DNA of 43,604 nucleotides, taken from Candidatus Moanibacter sp. (GTDB lineage: Bacteria; Verrucomicrobiota; Verrucomicrobiia; Opitutales; UBA2987). The position numbers were made by a program, and so were the translations under genes. Shown in pieces: positions 41,876 through 43,604 of this stretch. Position 1 is the stretch's first letter. Each line of letters opens with the position of its first letter. The notes below the pieces were generated by a model. That model was not told the origin of the DNA. It saw nothing but the letters and a program-made list of their open reading frames with translations, and searched no databases. The stretch is from assembly GCA_965215885.1 (NCBI GenBank), contig CBDCEW010000045.1, positions 1 through 43,604 of the forward strand. The letters run 5' to 3'.

Positions 41876-43404
41876 TTATTCTCTCAATCGTCTCAGGCCC
41901 CGCATATCACCGAAAAGCTTCCGCTTTCCGCTACGATGGAACGGGCTTGCGTAGAGGAACGCGGGAGCGTTTCTCAAATCGAAGACTGAGTTGTAGAGGA
42001 TCGCGTTCGCCCTTCGAAGCCCGAAGAGCGAAGGAGGGGGAGTTCCCCTTTGTTTTCAGGCTGATCAGAAACTCATCCTTTTTATTCCTCTTTCTTGCGT
42101 TCCTCGTTCCCGCCGAAGCTAATCTAAACATTCCCGCCCTCGCGCAGGATCATTCTGTGTTCCTCGTCGGTGGCACCCTTCATCCAGTATCGAGCGGCCC
42201 CATTCCCAACGCTCAACTCCTCTTTCATGAGGGGAAAATCAAGGCCCTTGGAAAAAAAATCAAAAAGCCACCTGGAAGCAAAACGATCGATATCTCGGGT
42301 AAACATGTCTATCCCGGTTTCATTTCCTCCAACTCCGTCCTCGGTCTCACCGAAATCGGCGCCGTGCGCGCCACGCGAGATATGGCCGAACCGGGCGCCG
42401 TCAATCCCAATATTCGTGCCGAAGTGACCCTTAATCCGGATAGCGAGCTCATTCCAGTAACGCGCTCCAACGGTGTGCTTGCCGCCCTCGCCCTTCCTCG
42501 CGCACGCGATGAAGAGGGACTTATTGCGGGTACCTCCGCCATGATTCGTCTGGACGGTTGGACTTCGGAGTCTATGACCCTTAAGGCGCCTGTCGGGCTG
42601 CACATTTTCTGGCCCAGAATGAATCCCAGGGCCCTCGGTTTCTTCTCCGAGAAAATCGATCGTGAGGAGAAGCTTAAGGCGGTGAACAAGCTCCTGAAAA
42701 CCCTCGATGAGAGCTTCGCCACCGCTCGCGCCTATCTCAAAGCTAGAAATTCTCATCCTGAAGACACAACCTTTGACATTCGCTGGGATGCGATGACGCC
42801 TGTCCTGGAAGGAGAGATTCCAGTGTTCATCCATGCCCAGGACTTGACCCAGATCAAGAGCGCCCTCCACTGGGCGGAAAAGGAAAACTTAAGAGTAGTC
42901 CTGGTCGGTGGGCAGGATGCGTGGCGCATCGCGGACCAACTCAAAGAGAACCGCATTTCAGTAATTATCAGCCAAATCAATCAATTACCCCTGCGCCGCT
43001 GGGAACCTTATGACACTCCCTACACGAATCCTAAAAAACTCCACGAGGCCGGCGTGCCGTTCTGTATCGCCAACGATGGGCACACTTTCAACGCGCCTCA
43101 CGAGCGCAACCTTCCCTATCAGGCCGCCATGGCCGCCGCCCACGGGCTACCCCGAGATGAAGCCCTCAAGGCAATCACTCTTTACCCCGCGCGGATCCTC
43201 GGCGTCGACCATCGCCTCGGTTCCCTCGAGGTCGGCAAGGACGCCACCTTTTTCGTCGCCGATGGCGATCCCCTCGAGGTGATGACGAATATCGAGATGG
43301 CCTTCATCGACGGCCGCCCCATCGACCTCTCAAATCGACACACGCGCCTTTACGAAAAATACAAGGAGAAATACCGGCAATTGAGTACCGAGATCAGTCC
43401 TTGA
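41872..43404 (+). CDS. Amidohydrolase-family protein (partner subunit)
   Basis: GKHVYPGFI, GLTEIGAVRATRD, AITLYPARILG..LGSLEVGKDAT; GTGA overlap with the upstream stop. Confidence 0.9.
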   Translation: MIILSIVSGPAYHRKASAFRYDGTGLRRGTRERFSNRRLSCRGSRSPFEARRAKEGEFPFVFRLIRNSSFLFLFLAFLVPAEANLNIPALAQDHSVFLVGGTLHPVSSGPIPNAQLLFHEGKIKALGKKIKKPPGSKTIDISGKHVYPGFISSNSVLGLTEIGAVRATRDMAEPGAVNPNIRAEVTLNPDSELIPVTRSNGVLAALALPRARDEEGLIAGTSAMIRLDGWTSESMTLKAPVGLHIFWPRMNPRALGFFSEKIDREEKLKAVNKLLKTLDESFATARAYLKARNSHPEDTTFDIRWDAMTPVLEGEIPVFIHAQDLTQIKSALHWAEKENLRVVLVGGQDAWRIADQLKENRISVIISQINQLPLRRWEPYDTPYTNPKKLHEAGVPFCIANDGHTFNAPHERNLPYQAAMAAAHGLPRDEALKAITLYPARILGVDHRLGSLEVGKDATFFVADGDPLEVMTNIEMAFIDGRPIDLSNRHTRLYEKYKEKYRQLSTEISP

Positions 43405-43604
43405 TTCTTGATTCGGAGGAAAAATCTCCTGGTTCTTGCAAGTCTCTATCAAAGGAGCTGAATCCTGGCTACAAAGAACTGCCCTTGGCTTGGGAGATCC
43501 TCCGGGCTTGACCCGGAGAGCCTCAGGTTTTCCCGCTCCTTCGCCCCCTGTTTTCAATGGACTTAGCCATCGCACTGAGTTTCTAAGCATCTTATGGTCA
43601 ATAA

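Overview
43.6 kb of bacterial chromosome, probably Verrucomicrobiota/PVC (inferred from the pseudopilin cassette style and intergenic repeat families). Left to right: a nested palindromic-repeat mosaic; an ISAs1 element (10-bp TSD) with a DUF4338/DruA-like domain fused to a transposase that changes frame at a C5T5 run; trxA; a repeat array with an IS4 element inserted into a REP-like palindrome (9-bp TSD); an enolase-superfamily gene and glcDEF; a minus-strand run of five prepilin-type genes, menA, a GT2 glycosyltransferase and an internally duplicated UxaA-family dehydratase; rho; a 586-aa hypothetical; an SDR; a decaying ~8.5 kb defence-like island (SbcD-like nuclease, frameshifted SbcC-like ATPase, OLD-family nuclease pseudogene, DUF1016 fragment, Type III Res-like helicase with a HEPN-like tail); htpG with its C-terminus rewritten by a MITE; an MTAP/PNP-like protein with a signal peptide; and two amidohydrolases. 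The most unusual signals are the layered repeat system (short hairpins inserting into longer repeats, IS targeting, repeats read in frame at gene 5' ends), the defence island architecture, and the complementary-degenerate UxaA duplication. All family calls come from motif recognition; no database searches were run.
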